Source of the DNA: an uncultured delta proteobacterium
GTDB lineage: Bacteria; Desulfobacterota; Binatia; Binatales; Binataceae
DNA length: 64,000 nt
Assembly: GCA_963794325.1 (NCBI GenBank)
Contig: CAWCDG010000004.1
Location: forward strand, 928,001 to 992,000
Direction of reading: 5' to 3'
The notes below the pieces were generated by a model. That model saw only the letters and a program-made list of their open reading frames with translations, searched no databases and was not told the DNA's origin. The translations under genes were made by a program, and so were the position numbers. Each line of letters begins with the position of its first letter. Position 1 is the stretch's first letter. This document shows, piece after piece, positions 28,877-38,275 of this stretch.

Positions 28877-28958
28877 GGTTCCCCTTCCCGCTCGGGAAGA
28901 GGTTACTCCCAACAATCCGGTTCCCCTTCCCGCTCGGGAAGGGGTTAGGGGTTAGGTT
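28877..28958 (+). repeat. REP-like family A, tandem pair (truncated 28877-28905 + tailed 28919-28958)
   Basis: GGTTCCCCTTCCCGCTCGGGAAG(A/G)GGTTA; second copy retains GGGGTTAGGTT; between convergent genes. Confidence 0.9.
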
Positions 28959-28982
28959 CTTCGGCTACGGCGGAGTGCCGTC

Positions 28983-30266
28983 TCACGCGCTCCGCTTATC
29001 CTCCGGCGCCTCGACGCCCGCTTTCGCCGCAGACTCGACCACCGCCGATCTGAATATCCCATGCGCCATCGTCGATTCCTCGCGATCCGCACGCGCCGCG
29101 TAGATTCTCATCCGTGCCTCATGCGCCGACTTGTCATCCGGCGCAGCCGCGACAGCCCAATCCGCCAGGTGACACGCGAGCACAACATCGCCTGCCGCGA
29201 GTTTCTCATTCGCTCGTGCGATCACCGGCGCTATGCCTCCTGCGAGCGCCGCGATCTCCCGCGCCCGCTCGGCGTCAGTCGCCGGTTTCAAATTCGACGG
29301 CGTGCCGTCATACCATCCGCCTTCCAACCGCCAGATATTGCGCACGATAAATTCGGGCTCATCGTAAACCGCCTGCAGCCAGGGCTTCTCCGCGAGATTC
29401 GCCGGCGGCTTGACCGTATGAATTACCTCGTCCAGCGGCGCGCCAGCATTCATCAGCACGATCGTCTGATCGTACAAACTTTGTAGATAGTTCGCGGTGT
29501 CGTTCAGCACCTGCCGCACCCGGATCGCGCCGAACACCGGGTAACCATGTCCCGGCACGAGTACTTCCGCTCCCAGCCGCGCCATCAGGCGCAGCGCCTC
29601 GGCCCATTCGCGCGCATAGCGTTGCGCCTTCTGCGGATTACCGGCGTTGGGCGCCGCCCAGATGATCAAATCTCCCGTGCACAGCACCTTGCGCTGCGGG
29701 ATGAACACCCAGCAATGGTCGTCGGTCTCGCCGCGAGCATGATGGCATTCGAACTTGTCGTCGCCCGCAACTACATTCAACTGACTATCGAAGTAAGTAT
29801 CCGGATATACATACTCAGTCGGCCACGCCGCCGGCCGATTGAACTGCCGCGTATTGACTACCGTGTTATAGCCACCGGTCCGCTTGTAGCGATCGAACCG
29901 CGCCGCGACTGCGCGATGCCCTACGACGCGCGGCCGCGCCACCTTATTCTTCTGCGCGTCCGCGACTATCGCCGGCATCCCGCAAGCGTGATCGACATGC
30001 CCATGCGTATAGATCGCCGTGTTCACCCGTTCCGGCGAGAACTGCCGAATCAGTTTCACCGTCGCGTCCTGGTTGAAGTAGCCGCCGGTGTCGATCAGCA
30101 CCAGCCCCTCCCGCGTCTTGGCCGCGGTGACATTCGCAAACCAGCGGTAAAACATCACGCCGTCAGCAATTTCTTCGTACTCACCAGTCGGCAACAACGG
30201 ATGAAACTGCCGAGTAGTAATCGCGCCCGTAAAAATCTTCTCCGATTGATCTCTTATGACACCCAT
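28983..30266 (-). CDS. Alkyl/aryl-sulfatase-like MBL-fold hydrolase
   Basis: THGHVDH, GETDDH, PNAGNP, PGHG, GWYDGTPSNL dimerization region. Confidence 0.88.
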   Translation of the reverse strand: MGVIRDQSEKIFTGAITTRQFHPLLPTGEYEEIADGVMFYRWFANVTAAKTREGLVLIDTGGYFNQDATVKLIRQFSPERVNTAIYTHGHVDHACGMPAIVADAQKNKVARPRVVGHRAVAARFDRYKRTGGYNTVVNTRQFNRPAAWPTEYVYPDTYFDSQLNVVAGDDKFECHHARGETDDHCWVFIPQRKVLCTGDLIIWAAPNAGNPQKAQRYAREWAEALRLMARLGAEVLVPGHGYPVFGAIRVRQVLNDTANYLQSLYDQTIVLMNAGAPLDEVIHTVKPPANLAEKPWLQAVYDEPEFIVRNIWRLEGGWYDGTPSNLKPATDAERAREIAALAGGIAPVIARANEKLAAGDVVLACHLADWAVAAAPDDKSAHEARMRIYAARADREESTMAHGIFRSAVVESAAKAGVEAPEDKRSA

Positions 30267-30280
30267 GACCAGCGCTCTCT

Positions 30281-30327
30281 CCGCGATTGTTCCCCTTCCC
30301 TCGAGGGAAGGGGTTAGGGGTTAGGTT
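30281..30327 (+). repeat. REP-like family A, solo copy identical to 22517-22563
   Basis: 47/47 identity by eye. Confidence 0.95.
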
Positions 30328-31022
30328 CCGATCCGATGCAGCTCCCTGATATGCACGATCTTCTCGTGCTCGACCCACGAGTACCGCTGATGCTGATCGA
30401 TCAACCGCGCCTCGATTCCCGCTGCTCGCGCACCTTCGACATCGATCGAATAAATGTCGCCGGTAAATTTAACTTCGTCGGGACCGACCCCGAGCCGCTC
30501 GAGCGCGATACGAAAAATCCGCGGGTCAGGCTTCGCGACCCCGACGATGTGCGAGTCAATTATCACGTCGAAGTATTTCGCCAGCCCGAATCGCTTCGCA
30601 TCCGCTTCGACCTGTCCCTCTGCATTCGACACAATCGCGAGCTTGTAGCCCGCCGACTTGAACGCCTCGAGCGCCTCGACAATTCCCGGCCGCACGACCC
30701 GCCAAAGCGTCGCCTCGCGATGTATCGCGCCGAACCTTGTCGCGTGCTCCTGAAATTCCTCCTCAGGAATTCCTGCCGCCGTCATCCAGCCGCGAAAGAA
30801 AAGTTCGTATGCCGCCGCAGTGGCCTGGCGGTTCCCGGGGCTCATCAGATGTCGATCGATCGCCGCGCGCCCCGCGTATTCCGCATGCTCGAGCGCGAGC
30901 GCGTCGAGCTTCCTTCCCTCCCGCGAGAACTCGCGCGCCAGCAATTCGAAATCCAGGAACGCGAGCGTGCCGCCAAAGTCGAACAGCAGCGCCTTCAGTT
31001 TTTCCTTCTTCTTCGAGCTCAT
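30321..31022 (-). CDS. HAD family hydrolase
   Basis: FDFGGTL, VSN, KPDPRIF, GDIYSIDVEGA. Confidence 0.92.
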   Translation of the reverse strand: MSSKKKEKLKALLFDFGGTLAFLDFELLAREFSREGRKLDALALEHAEYAGRAAIDRHLMSPGNRQATAAAYELFFRGWMTAAGIPEEEFQEHATRFGAIHREATLWRVVRPGIVEALEAFKSAGYKLAIVSNAEGQVEADAKRFGLAKYFDVIIDSHIVGVAKPDPRIFRIALERLGVGPDEVKFTGDIYSIDVEGARAAGIEARLIDQHQRYSWVEHEKIVHIRELHRIGT

Positions 31023-31141
31023 TGGCGCTCCAGCTTAGCAGGGGAGCGCCGGTTCCTCCTCCTTAGTTGCATGGCAGCCAGTCAAAAAGATATGATTTTT
31101 CTGGAGATTTCCCGCCGCTTCGCAAAGTCCAAGGAGAAGTG

Positions 31142-31750
31142 ATGTTCACCGGTATCATCGAAGACCTCGGCACCGTCGACAGCCTCAAGCCGACCGACCA
31201 AGGCGCCGTGCTTTCGATCCACACCTCGCTTCCAACTTCCGAAATCACAATCGGCGACTCGATCACCGTCAACGGCGCGTGCCTGACGGTGATTTCCCGG
31301 AGCCCCGGCCGCTTCGCGATGGACGTATCCGCCGAGACCCTGCGATGCAGCAGCCTTGGCGATTTGAAACCCGGCAGCCGCGTCAATCTCGAGCGATGCC
31401 TGACGCTGGGCAAGTTGCTCGGCGGCCATCTCGTCTCCGGACACGTCGACGGCATCGGCCGCATCGTGTCGATCAAACCCGAGGGCGATTCGAAACTTTT
31501 CACGTTCGAGATTGCTCCCGCGCAGGCGCGCTACCTGGTCGAGAAGGGCTCGGTCGCGATCGACGGAATCAGCCTCACGATCTTTTCGATCAAGGACAAC
31601 AATTTTTCTGTCGAGCTGATTCCTCACACGCTGCGATCGACGACCCTCGGCTTCAAGCAGGTTGGCGACACCGTAAACATCGAAAACGACATGCTGGTCA
31701 AGTACGTCGAGAAAATTCTCACAATTCGCGCCGCAGCAACCCCCGCGTAG
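31142..31750 (+). CDS. ribE: Riboflavin synthase (alpha chain; ribC in E. coli nomenclature)
   Basis: MFTGII, GDSITVNGACLTV, GGHLVSGHVDG, KGSVAIDGISLT. Confidence 0.96.
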   Translation: MFTGIIEDLGTVDSLKPTDQGAVLSIHTSLPTSEITIGDSITVNGACLTVISRSPGRFAMDVSAETLRCSSLGDLKPGSRVNLERCLTLGKLLGGHLVSGHVDGIGRIVSIKPEGDSKLFTFEIAPAQARYLVEKGSVAIDGISLTIFSIKDNNFSVELIPHTLRSTTLGFKQVGDTVNIENDMLVKYVEKILTIRAAATPA

Positions 31751-31762
31751 ATACTGAAAAAA

Positions 31763-32236
31763 ATGAGCCTGATGCAGATACCGCGCAAGATCGAATACGC
31801 ACTGCGTGCGATGATCTATCTTGCCGACCATCCGGCGGGCGTGGCGCGCGGCACTGAAATAGCTACTCGCGAGCAAATCCCGAAGTACTATCTCGAAAAA
31901 GTCATTCGCGATCTGATGCGTCGCGGACTCGTTCACGCGCGTCGTGGTCCTGGCGGCGGATACCAACTCGCGCGCAAAGCCGACACCGTCACATTCCGCG
32001 ATATCATCGAGGCGGTCGAGGGACCGATCACGCTCAACGTATGCACCGACGGCAGCAGCTCGTGCGCCTTGCAGCCGACCTGCCGCATGTATCGCGTGTG
32101 GGAGAAGGGCCAGCGCGTCCTGCTCGAAGTGTTCTCCGATACCTCGCTCGCCGAGATAGCAGCTTCCCGTCCTGCGCCGCCCCTCTGTCCTCCCGACGCA
32201 CCCTCGATATCGCCCGCCAAGTCCCAGCCCGCGTAA
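31763..32236 (+). CDS. Rrf2 family regulator with three Cys (IscR/NsrR-like)
   Basis: EYALRAM, YLEKV, RGPGGGYQL, C-x6-C-x5-C. Confidence 0.9.
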   Translation: MSLMQIPRKIEYALRAMIYLADHPAGVARGTEIATREQIPKYYLEKVIRDLMRRGLVHARRGPGGGYQLARKADTVTFRDIIEAVEGPITLNVCTDGSSSCALQPTCRMYRVWEKGQRVLLEVFSDTSLAEIAASRPAPPLCPPDAPSISPAKSQPA

Positions 32237-32266
32237 CCGAATTGAAAACGTTCTCCGCGCTCCACA

Positions 32267-32312
32267 CGCGATTATTCCCCTTCCCTCAAGGGAAGGGGTC
32301 AGGGGTTAGGTT
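32267..32312 (+). repeat. REP-like family A, solo copy (3 substitutions)
   Basis: CGCGATTATTCCCCTTCCCTCAAGGGAAGGGGTCAGGGGTTAGGTT. Confidence 0.92.
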
Positions 32313-32345
32313 GCCCGGATTCCTCTCTTCTCCGGTCTTCTTCCC

Positions 32346-33527
32346 GTGACCAACATCGCACCCATCAACCTCGGCGACTTCAGCGACAAACCGCGACGCG
32401 GCGCCCCGGTCTTCACCGAGAAAACTTTCTACCTCGAGGAATTCTACGGCAAGAGTCTGCTCTTCGCGCTGATTCCTCCCGCTGGACAGCGCATCTCCGA
32501 TTTCGATTCTCTGGTCCTGACGCTCCGCGAATTACGCCGCAATCAAACGCGATGCGTCGTGATCGTCTCGCCGAGCGCGCTCCCAAAGCTGATGAGGCGG
32601 CTGGGTAAGCTCGCGCCGAAGGAAGCGCCGCCCGTTTTCAATCCATCCGAAGGATTGCGCTCGCGGCCCTATCCACCCGATTCGGCCGTCGCCGAGATCT
32701 GGGCGAGGCTTCGCGCCGGTTCGATCGTGGTCGCGTCGATGAGCCGTGACGACGCCGATGATCTCACCGTTTTCGCGCGCGAGCTCGCCAGTCGCCTTCG
32801 CGTCTTCAAGCTTCTGATGCTCGATCGCCGTGGCGGCTTGCTCGACAAAGACGGCAACCGGCTCTCATTCGTCGAGGAACGTCGCATCGACCGCACGATG
32901 CGCAATATCCGCTCGCGCCCTCGCAGAGCCATCGTGCGCGCCGCACTCGACGCACTCGAAGACGGCGTCGGCTCCGTCAATCTGGTCGCACCGAGCGACG
33001 TTTACGAAGAGCTCTTCAGTTTCATCGGCGCCGGCACACTGTTCACCGAGATGCAATACGGCTTTGTCCGGCCCGTCTCGATCGACGACTTCGAGGAAGT
33101 CGAGGCACTGATTGTGCGCGGTCAGAATGAAGGTCTCCTGCTGCCGCGCACTCCCGAACAGATCGCGCAGATCCTGCCCTCCTGCTACGGCTACCGAATC
33201 GGCGACGAACATCTCGCTGGAATCTGCTCGCTGCTGACCGAGCCCTACCGCCGCGACCGCGCCGGCGAGATCACCGCGATGTACACTTTGACGCGTTTTC
33301 AGGGTGAGGGCGTCGCCGCCGTGCTGGTCCGCGAGATCCTGAAGGAAGCCGAAGCGCGCCGCCTCAAATACGTGTTCGCATGCACCAGTGACGATCGGGT
33401 GGCCGGGCTCTTCTCGCGCCTCGGCTTCAATCGCGCAAGTGCTCGCGATGTCTCGCAAGCGAAGTGGCGCGGCTACGATTCCTCACGCATCGAGAGCCTG
33501 AGCATATTGCGTACCGACCTCGACTGA
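32346..33527 (+). CDS. ArgA-like amino-acid N-acetyltransferase (divergent kinase-like domain + GNAT)
   Basis: EELFSFIGAGTLF linker, GLLLPRT, FQGEGVA, LFSRLGF. Confidence 0.7.
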   Translation: MTNIAPINLGDFSDKPRRGAPVFTEKTFYLEEFYGKSLLFALIPPAGQRISDFDSLVLTLRELRRNQTRCVVIVSPSALPKLMRRLGKLAPKEAPPVFNPSEGLRSRPYPPDSAVAEIWARLRAGSIVVASMSRDDADDLTVFARELASRLRVFKLLMLDRRGGLLDKDGNRLSFVEERRIDRTMRNIRSRPRRAIVRAALDALEDGVGSVNLVAPSDVYEELFSFIGAGTLFTEMQYGFVRPVSIDDFEEVEALIVRGQNEGLLLPRTPEQIAQILPSCYGYRIGDEHLAGICSLLTEPYRRDRAGEITAMYTLTRFQGEGVAAVLVREILKEAEARRLKYVFACTSDDRVAGLFSRLGFNRASARDVSQAKWRGYDSSRIESLSILRTDLD

Positions 33528-33545
33528 CTATTCGACTGAGTATCG

Positions 33546-35177
33546 ATGCCTGCCAAACTCCCACCGGCCGCGGCCATCCTGGCGATCACTCTTGTCATCG
33601 CTGTCCTGACTCTTCATCGACTCGGCGCAGGCGACGTATGCACGGGCAACGAGGCCGTCGAAGGAGTTTTCGTCCAGCAGATGGTCGAGCATGGCCATCT
33701 ATTGTTCCCGGTCGAGAACGGCAATGTCCCGATGTTCAAGCCGCCGCTGTTCCACTGGACCGCGGTCGCGATCGATCGCCTCGCCGGATTCCGCAAGGTG
33801 ACCGCCGCAAATCTTCGTCTGCCCTCCGCTCTCTACGCAATCGCCGGCGCTCTTCTCACGATGGTCTTCGCGTACGAGATTCTCGGCTTCGACGTTGCGG
33901 TCCTCGCTGGACTTAGTCTCGCAGCGTCCTACCAGTACATCAGTCAAGGCCGTTTCGGCCGCGTCGATATGGCGCTGTGCTTCTTCGAGTCCCTCTCGCT
34001 GTTCGCTTTTCTGTGGTGGCTGCCCCGCGATGCGTCTGTGTCCGGTCGCGACGCGCGTTTCGAATCCAAGCTATCCGCGCTCTATCTCATGGCTGTCGCA
34101 CTCGGATTGGGCGTGTTAGCCAAGGGTCCAGTCGGCGCAATTCTTCCGGGCCTATCGATCCTCATTTTCATGTTCGTCGAGCGTCGTGGACGTCAAATTC
34201 TCGCGATGCTCGATCCCGGCGCGATCATCCTCGGCGCCGCGATCGCTTCGAGCTGGTATATTGCCTGCTACTTCGGCGGACGGTTCGCATTCCTGAATCG
34301 TCAGCTCGACACCGAAAACGTCGGCCGCTTCTTCGGCTCGCTGGGCGCGATGGCGCCGTGGTACTACCTGAAACCCGTCCTGCTCAACTCCGCCCCACTG
34401 AGCCTGCTCGTACCAGTCGCCGCCACTTACGCATTACTCAGTCCATTACTCAGTAGTCAATCCGGTGCTTCTGCATCCAATCCTACCTCTCCCCAAGGGG
34501 GAGGTCGCGTCGCCGAAAGCGACGCGGGAGGGGTCGCCAGCACCACCGCAAGGTCCGATTCCTCACGCACCCGCTCAGCCGTCCGCCTCTTCGCGATCCT
34601 CTACTTCGCGACCGTCATCTTCTTCAGCATCGCCGCCTATAAACGCCGCTCGTATCTGCTCCCCGTATGGCCCGCCGCCGCCGTGATTCTCGCGTGGTGG
34701 ATCGTCACCGTCCCCCGACCCGACTACCGCCGCGCCGCGAGCTGGACATTCGCCGCACTATGCGCCGGACTCGTCATTTTCAACTTCATCTATATACCGC
34801 GCGCGGAGATCCGCTCGTGCCGCGATGACTCATTCCGGCCCGCCGCCGAAGAGATCGCGCGCGTCGTCGCGCCCACCGACCCCCTCTATCTTTACGGATT
34901 TCACGAAGAGGTCGCGCCGCTCCTCTTCTATCTCGATCGAGACGCGCCCGTTATCGACGGCCGCCTGGGCGACGCGCCCCCCGGCTTCATCATCCTGCCT
35001 GCCCAAGTCTGGAAATCGCATCAGAACGAGGCGCTCGACTTCGAGCCCGTCCTCACCTCCGACCACGGCAGCCGCCACCTCGTGCTGATCAAGCGCGGCA
35101 AATCTTATGCGTCATTTCCGCTTCATTTCTTTGCCGGCCGCATGACCATCTTGTACCTTTCGCAATCAACCAGGTGA
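33546..35177 (+). CDS. ArnT/PMT (GT39/GT83-like) membrane glycosyltransferase
   Basis: KPPLFHW, RLPSAL, LAKGPVG, PWYYL, KRRSYLLP. Confidence 0.88.
   Translation: MPAKLPPAAAILAITLVIAVLTLHRLGAGDVCTGNEAVEGVFVQQMVEHGHLLFPVENGNVPMFKPPLFHWTAVAIDRLAGFRKVTAANLRLPSALYAIAGALLTMVFAYEILGFDVAVLAGLSLAASYQYISQGRFGRVDMALCFFESLSLFAFLWWLPRDASVSGRDARFESKLSALYLMAVALGLGVLAKGPVGAILPGLSILIFMFVERRGRQILAMLDPGAIILGAAIASSWYIACYFGGRFAFLNRQLDTENVGRFFGSLGAMAPWYYLKPVLLNSAPLSLLVPVAATYALLSPLLSSQSGASASNPTSPQGGGRVAESDAGGVASTTARSDSSRTRSAVRLFAILYFATVIFFSIAAYKRRSYLLPVWPAAAVILAWWIVTVPRPDYRRAASWTFAALCAGLVIFNFIYIPRAEIRSCRDDSFRPAAEEIARVVAPTDPLYLYGFHEEVAPLLFYLDRDAPVIDGRLGDAPPGFIILPAQVWKSHQNEALDFEPVLTSDHGSRHLVLIKRGKSYASFPLHFFAGRMTILYLSQSTR
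34485..34535 (+). repeat. REP-like double hairpin inside the glycosyltransferase CDS
   Basis: ACCTCTCCCCAAGGGGGAGGT + CGCGTCGC-CGAAA-GCGACGCG + GGAGGGG; same layout as 35725-35777. Confidence 0.6.
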
Positions 35178-35692
35178 TCGTTCACCATCCCGGTTGCCTG
35201 CATCATCGCGTAGCAGATTGTCGAACCCACGAACTTGAATCCGCGCCCGATCAATTCCTTGCTCATCGCATCCGACTCGATAGTGTGCGCGGGCACCTGC
35301 TTGAGCGCGCGCCATTTGTTGATCCGCGGCCGTCCATCGACGACTCGCCAGATGTATTCGTCGAAGGTGCGGAATTCTTTCTGCACGGCGAGGAAGGCTT
35401 TCGCATTACTGATAGTGGAATTGATCTTGAGTCGATTGCGAACGATCCCTTCGTTTGCCAGCAGTCGCGTAACGTCGCGATCTCCGAACTTCGCAACTCG
35501 CGCGGGATCGAATTCCTTGAAAGCCGTCCGATACGCGTGCCGCTTGCGCAAAATAGTGTCCCAGCTCAGCCCCGCCTGCGCTCCTTCGAGCGTGATGAAC
35601 TCGAACCACAGCCGATCGTCATGCACCGGCACGCCCCACTCTTCATCGTGGTAGCGAATCGCGAGTTCATTGCGGGCCCACGCACAACGCAT
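35123..35692 (-). CDS. tag: DNA-3-methyladenine glycosylase I
   Basis: RCAW, YHDEEWGVP, LEGAQAGLSW, IVRNRLKI, GFKFVG, NDHLVDC. Confidence 0.96.
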   Translation of the reverse strand: MRCAWARNELAIRYHDEEWGVPVHDDRLWFEFITLEGAQAGLSWDTILRKRHAYRTAFKEFDPARVAKFGDRDVTRLLANEGIVRNRLKINSTISNAKAFLAVQKEFRTFDEYIWRVVDGRPRINKWRALKQVPAHTIESDAMSKELIGRGFKFVGSTICYAMMQATGMVNDHLVDCERYKMVMRPAKK

Positions 35693-35724
35693 AGATGAAA
35701 CCTCAAGAGTGAGCTCCTGAATTG

Positions 35725-35874
35725 CCTCGCCCTTCGTGGGGAGCGGCCGACGCGAGACCTTGAGCGGCGGGTGAGGGACCGAATTTTCCGAGGTTCCGAA
35801 CGTGCGGCGCAACAGACAATCGCGCCGCACAGATGTCCCTCACCCTAACCCTCTCCCCTCGTGGGGCGAGGGAA
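35725..35874. repeat. Inverted pair of CCCTCTCCC-type REP-like elements (35725-35777 and 35837-35874)
   Basis: CCTCGCCCTTCGTGGGGAG...GGGTGAGGG facing CCCTCACCCTAACCCTCTCCCCTCGTGGGGCGAGGG. Confidence 0.75.
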
Positions 35875-35878
35875 CAGA

Positions 35879-37423
35879 CTACGCGCCTGCGGCGCTGCGC
35901 TGCACCGGCTCCTGCTCGGCTTTCTCCGCGGACTTCTCCGCGCATCGACGCTTCATCTCGGCAAACGCGTCGTCGACGAAGGCCTTCATCAGCGCAACAT
36001 CGGGCATCACGCGCGGATCAGCCATCATTCCGAAGTATAGATTCTTATAGTAACTGAGTATTGCGACTGCATACCCCATCGTCGCGCCGAGCGGCACCAG
36101 CGGTACCATGTCCAGGCACAGATGACCGTTGATGTACTGCGGCACTTGCACGCCGGGCACGTTGGTCGCGATAAAGTTTATTCCGAATGCGGGCAGCCCG
36201 AAGCCGTCGGGCCGCGGCTTCCAGTCGGTCCACTTCGCCATCCGTCCTGCGACGTCCATCATCGTGGTCGCCGCGCGTGCTGCCGGTCCGATCATGCTCG
36301 GCGGAATCGCGTCGCCTAACCCCATCAAGGATTCCAGAGCCTGCGCCGAGCCCGCAGCCTTAATTCGCTCGGTTTCCTCATGGATCAGTTTCAGCCGCTC
36401 GATAATATCCATCGGCGCCGCCGGCGCGGTCGGGAACATCATCGACACGCGATTTCCCAGCGAACTCTTTTCGCTCTTGTGCCGCACATTGACCGGGCAT
36501 CCGATGCACAGTTGCTGTCCCTCGACTTCGTACCCATGATGCTGCAAATAGCGCGCGGCGCCTTCGGTCAACATTGCCAGTACGACGTCGTTCACCGAAC
36601 CGCCGAACGCAGATCTGATAGCGCGGAAATCCGAAAAGGACTGACGCGTCCATGCCACGATGCGATCCTGGGTAACCGGCGTCGAGTTCCACGGCGTCGC
36701 GACGATTCGCCGCGTCGCGAGCTCGGTCATCACCCGCGATGCTTCCGCGAGCTGGCGCGCGCGCTCGGTCACTGACGCCGGATCCTCGATCGCTTCGACC
36801 ACCGTGTTGATCGTCGAGTTTACCGTGCTTTGAATCTGATCGCGCAACGCCTCCCCAAATCGCCGTATCAGGCTCGATGGGCGCGCTGCCACCCAAGGCG
36901 TGGGCGGCTGCGGGACATCGTCGGGCTCGGCGCGGAAGTCGTACATCACCTTAAGCAGCTCGACTCCCGACACGCCGTCGACCAGGCAGTGATGCACCTT
37001 CCACATCAGCGCAGTCCGATTTCCGTCCAGGTTGTGGAACGTATGCAGCTCCCACAGAGGGCGTTTTCGGTCGAGCGGCGTCTGGTAAACGCGCATCATT
37101 TCGGCCAGCGCGTCGCCTTCGCTCATCGAGTCGGGCAGCTCGTGGCGAAACACATGGTTGTCGACCGCAAATTCCGGGTCGTCCTCCATCACGGCGTGCG
37201 CGAGGTTAAGCGGAACTTCAGTGAGGCGCTGCCGATAGCGCGGGACCAGATGCATCCGCTCTTCGAAATGCCCGAGCAGCCCGTTGAAATCGACGCTGCC
37301 CTCGAACACTCCGATCGAACCAATATGCAGCGGACCGGTTTGCGATTCGCCGTAGATAAAAGTTGCGTCCTGCGTCGACAGCCGATAGCTGTCGGCCGAT
37401 GGAAATGTTGAATTGTCGGCCAT
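35879..37423 (-). CDS. Wax ester synthase/diacylglycerol acyltransferase (WS/DGAT)
   Basis: LDRKRPLWE, KVHHCLVDGVSG catalytic motif, SVNDVVL, LGNRVS, TNVPG. Confidence 0.94.
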   Translation of the reverse strand: MADNSTFPSADSYRLSTQDATFIYGESQTGPLHIGSIGVFEGSVDFNGLLGHFEERMHLVPRYRQRLTEVPLNLAHAVMEDDPEFAVDNHVFRHELPDSMSEGDALAEMMRVYQTPLDRKRPLWELHTFHNLDGNRTALMWKVHHCLVDGVSGVELLKVMYDFRAEPDDVPQPPTPWVAARPSSLIRRFGEALRDQIQSTVNSTINTVVEAIEDPASVTERARQLAEASRVMTELATRRIVATPWNSTPVTQDRIVAWTRQSFSDFRAIRSAFGGSVNDVVLAMLTEGAARYLQHHGYEVEGQQLCIGCPVNVRHKSEKSSLGNRVSMMFPTAPAAPMDIIERLKLIHEETERIKAAGSAQALESLMGLGDAIPPSMIGPAARAATTMMDVAGRMAKWTDWKPRPDGFGLPAFGINFIATNVPGVQVPQYINGHLCLDMVPLVPLGATMGYAVAILSYYKNLYFGMMADPRVMPDVALMKAFVDDAFAEMKRRCAEKSAEKAEQEPVQRSAAGA

Positions 37424-37692
37424 TCGAACTCACCTCCTGGCCGGATTTCCCTCTGGCTTGGGCCACGGCTTGGTGCCCCGTCCAAGCCGAGAAAATCCTG
37501 GAAATGACAAGTGCCGCAGACTCGGAAAGTTTGGCAGGCATGGTCGCCGAAGTGCAAGCTGATTTTTTGTCTTCTGCGGCGCTTGCTGAACCGCCCGCGC
37601 TGATCAAGGATAGCGCTCGCGCGAGGTTAAGTGCGCCTTACGAGTTTTCTCGACGGCAGCGCTTGCCCCTAGGAGTTTCGCCGGAGGTTTCA

Positions 37693-38274
37693 ATGACCGA
37701 GCAGATCAAGACTAATCGCCCTTATCCAATTCAGCTCAAATTGCACGACGGCCGCAGCGCCACGATTCGCGTGATGGAGCCCCGCGACCTCGACAAGATT
37801 GTTGATTTCGCCAAGGACCTGCCCTCCGACGACCTGCTCTTCCTCCGCACCGACATCACCGACCGCAACCAGGTCAAGACCTGGATTGAAAACATCAAGG
37901 CCGGTCACACCATCACGCTACTCGCCGAAATCGATGGCGAGCTGGCCGCCTACGCCAGCGTCCACCTCGATCAGGCACGATGGACACGGCGGGTCGGCGA
38001 AATACGGGTAATGACCTCGTCGCGCTATCGCGGCGCGGGACTCGGCCGGCGCCTCGTAGCTGAAGTATTCGATCTCGCGCGATCGCTCGGCCTCAAAAAG
38101 ATCACAGCGCAGATGACCACCGAACAGGCGGCCGCGCGCGCCGCATTCGAGCGCCTTGGTTTTCAAGTGGAAGCGATGCTCTCGGACTGGGTCGAGGACC
38201 GCCACGGCCGCTCCCGCGACCTGCTGATAATGACTTACGACGTAGCCGGCTTCTCCGACCACGTCGTCGCCTGA
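37693..38274 (+). CDS. GNAT family N-acetyltransferase
   Basis: GGAGG RBS; YRGAGLGRRL; FERLGF. Confidence 0.88.
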   Translation: MTEQIKTNRPYPIQLKLHDGRSATIRVMEPRDLDKIVDFAKDLPSDDLLFLRTDITDRNQVKTWIENIKAGHTITLLAEIDGELAAYASVHLDQARWTRRVGEIRVMTSSRYRGAGLGRRLVAEVFDLARSLGLKKITAQMTTEQAAARAAFERLGFQVEAMLSDWVEDRHGRSRDLLIMTYDVAGFSDHVVA

Positions 38275-38275
38275 T

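Noticed and set aside
31020-31141. FMN riboswitch upstream of riboflavin synthase
   Set aside because: The intergenic region is short and lacks the RFN consensus blocks
35123-35177. Convergent 3' overlaps (arnT-like/tag 55 nt; also 63294-63343)
   Set aside because: Short tail-to-tail overlaps are common in GC-rich genomes; no sign of function
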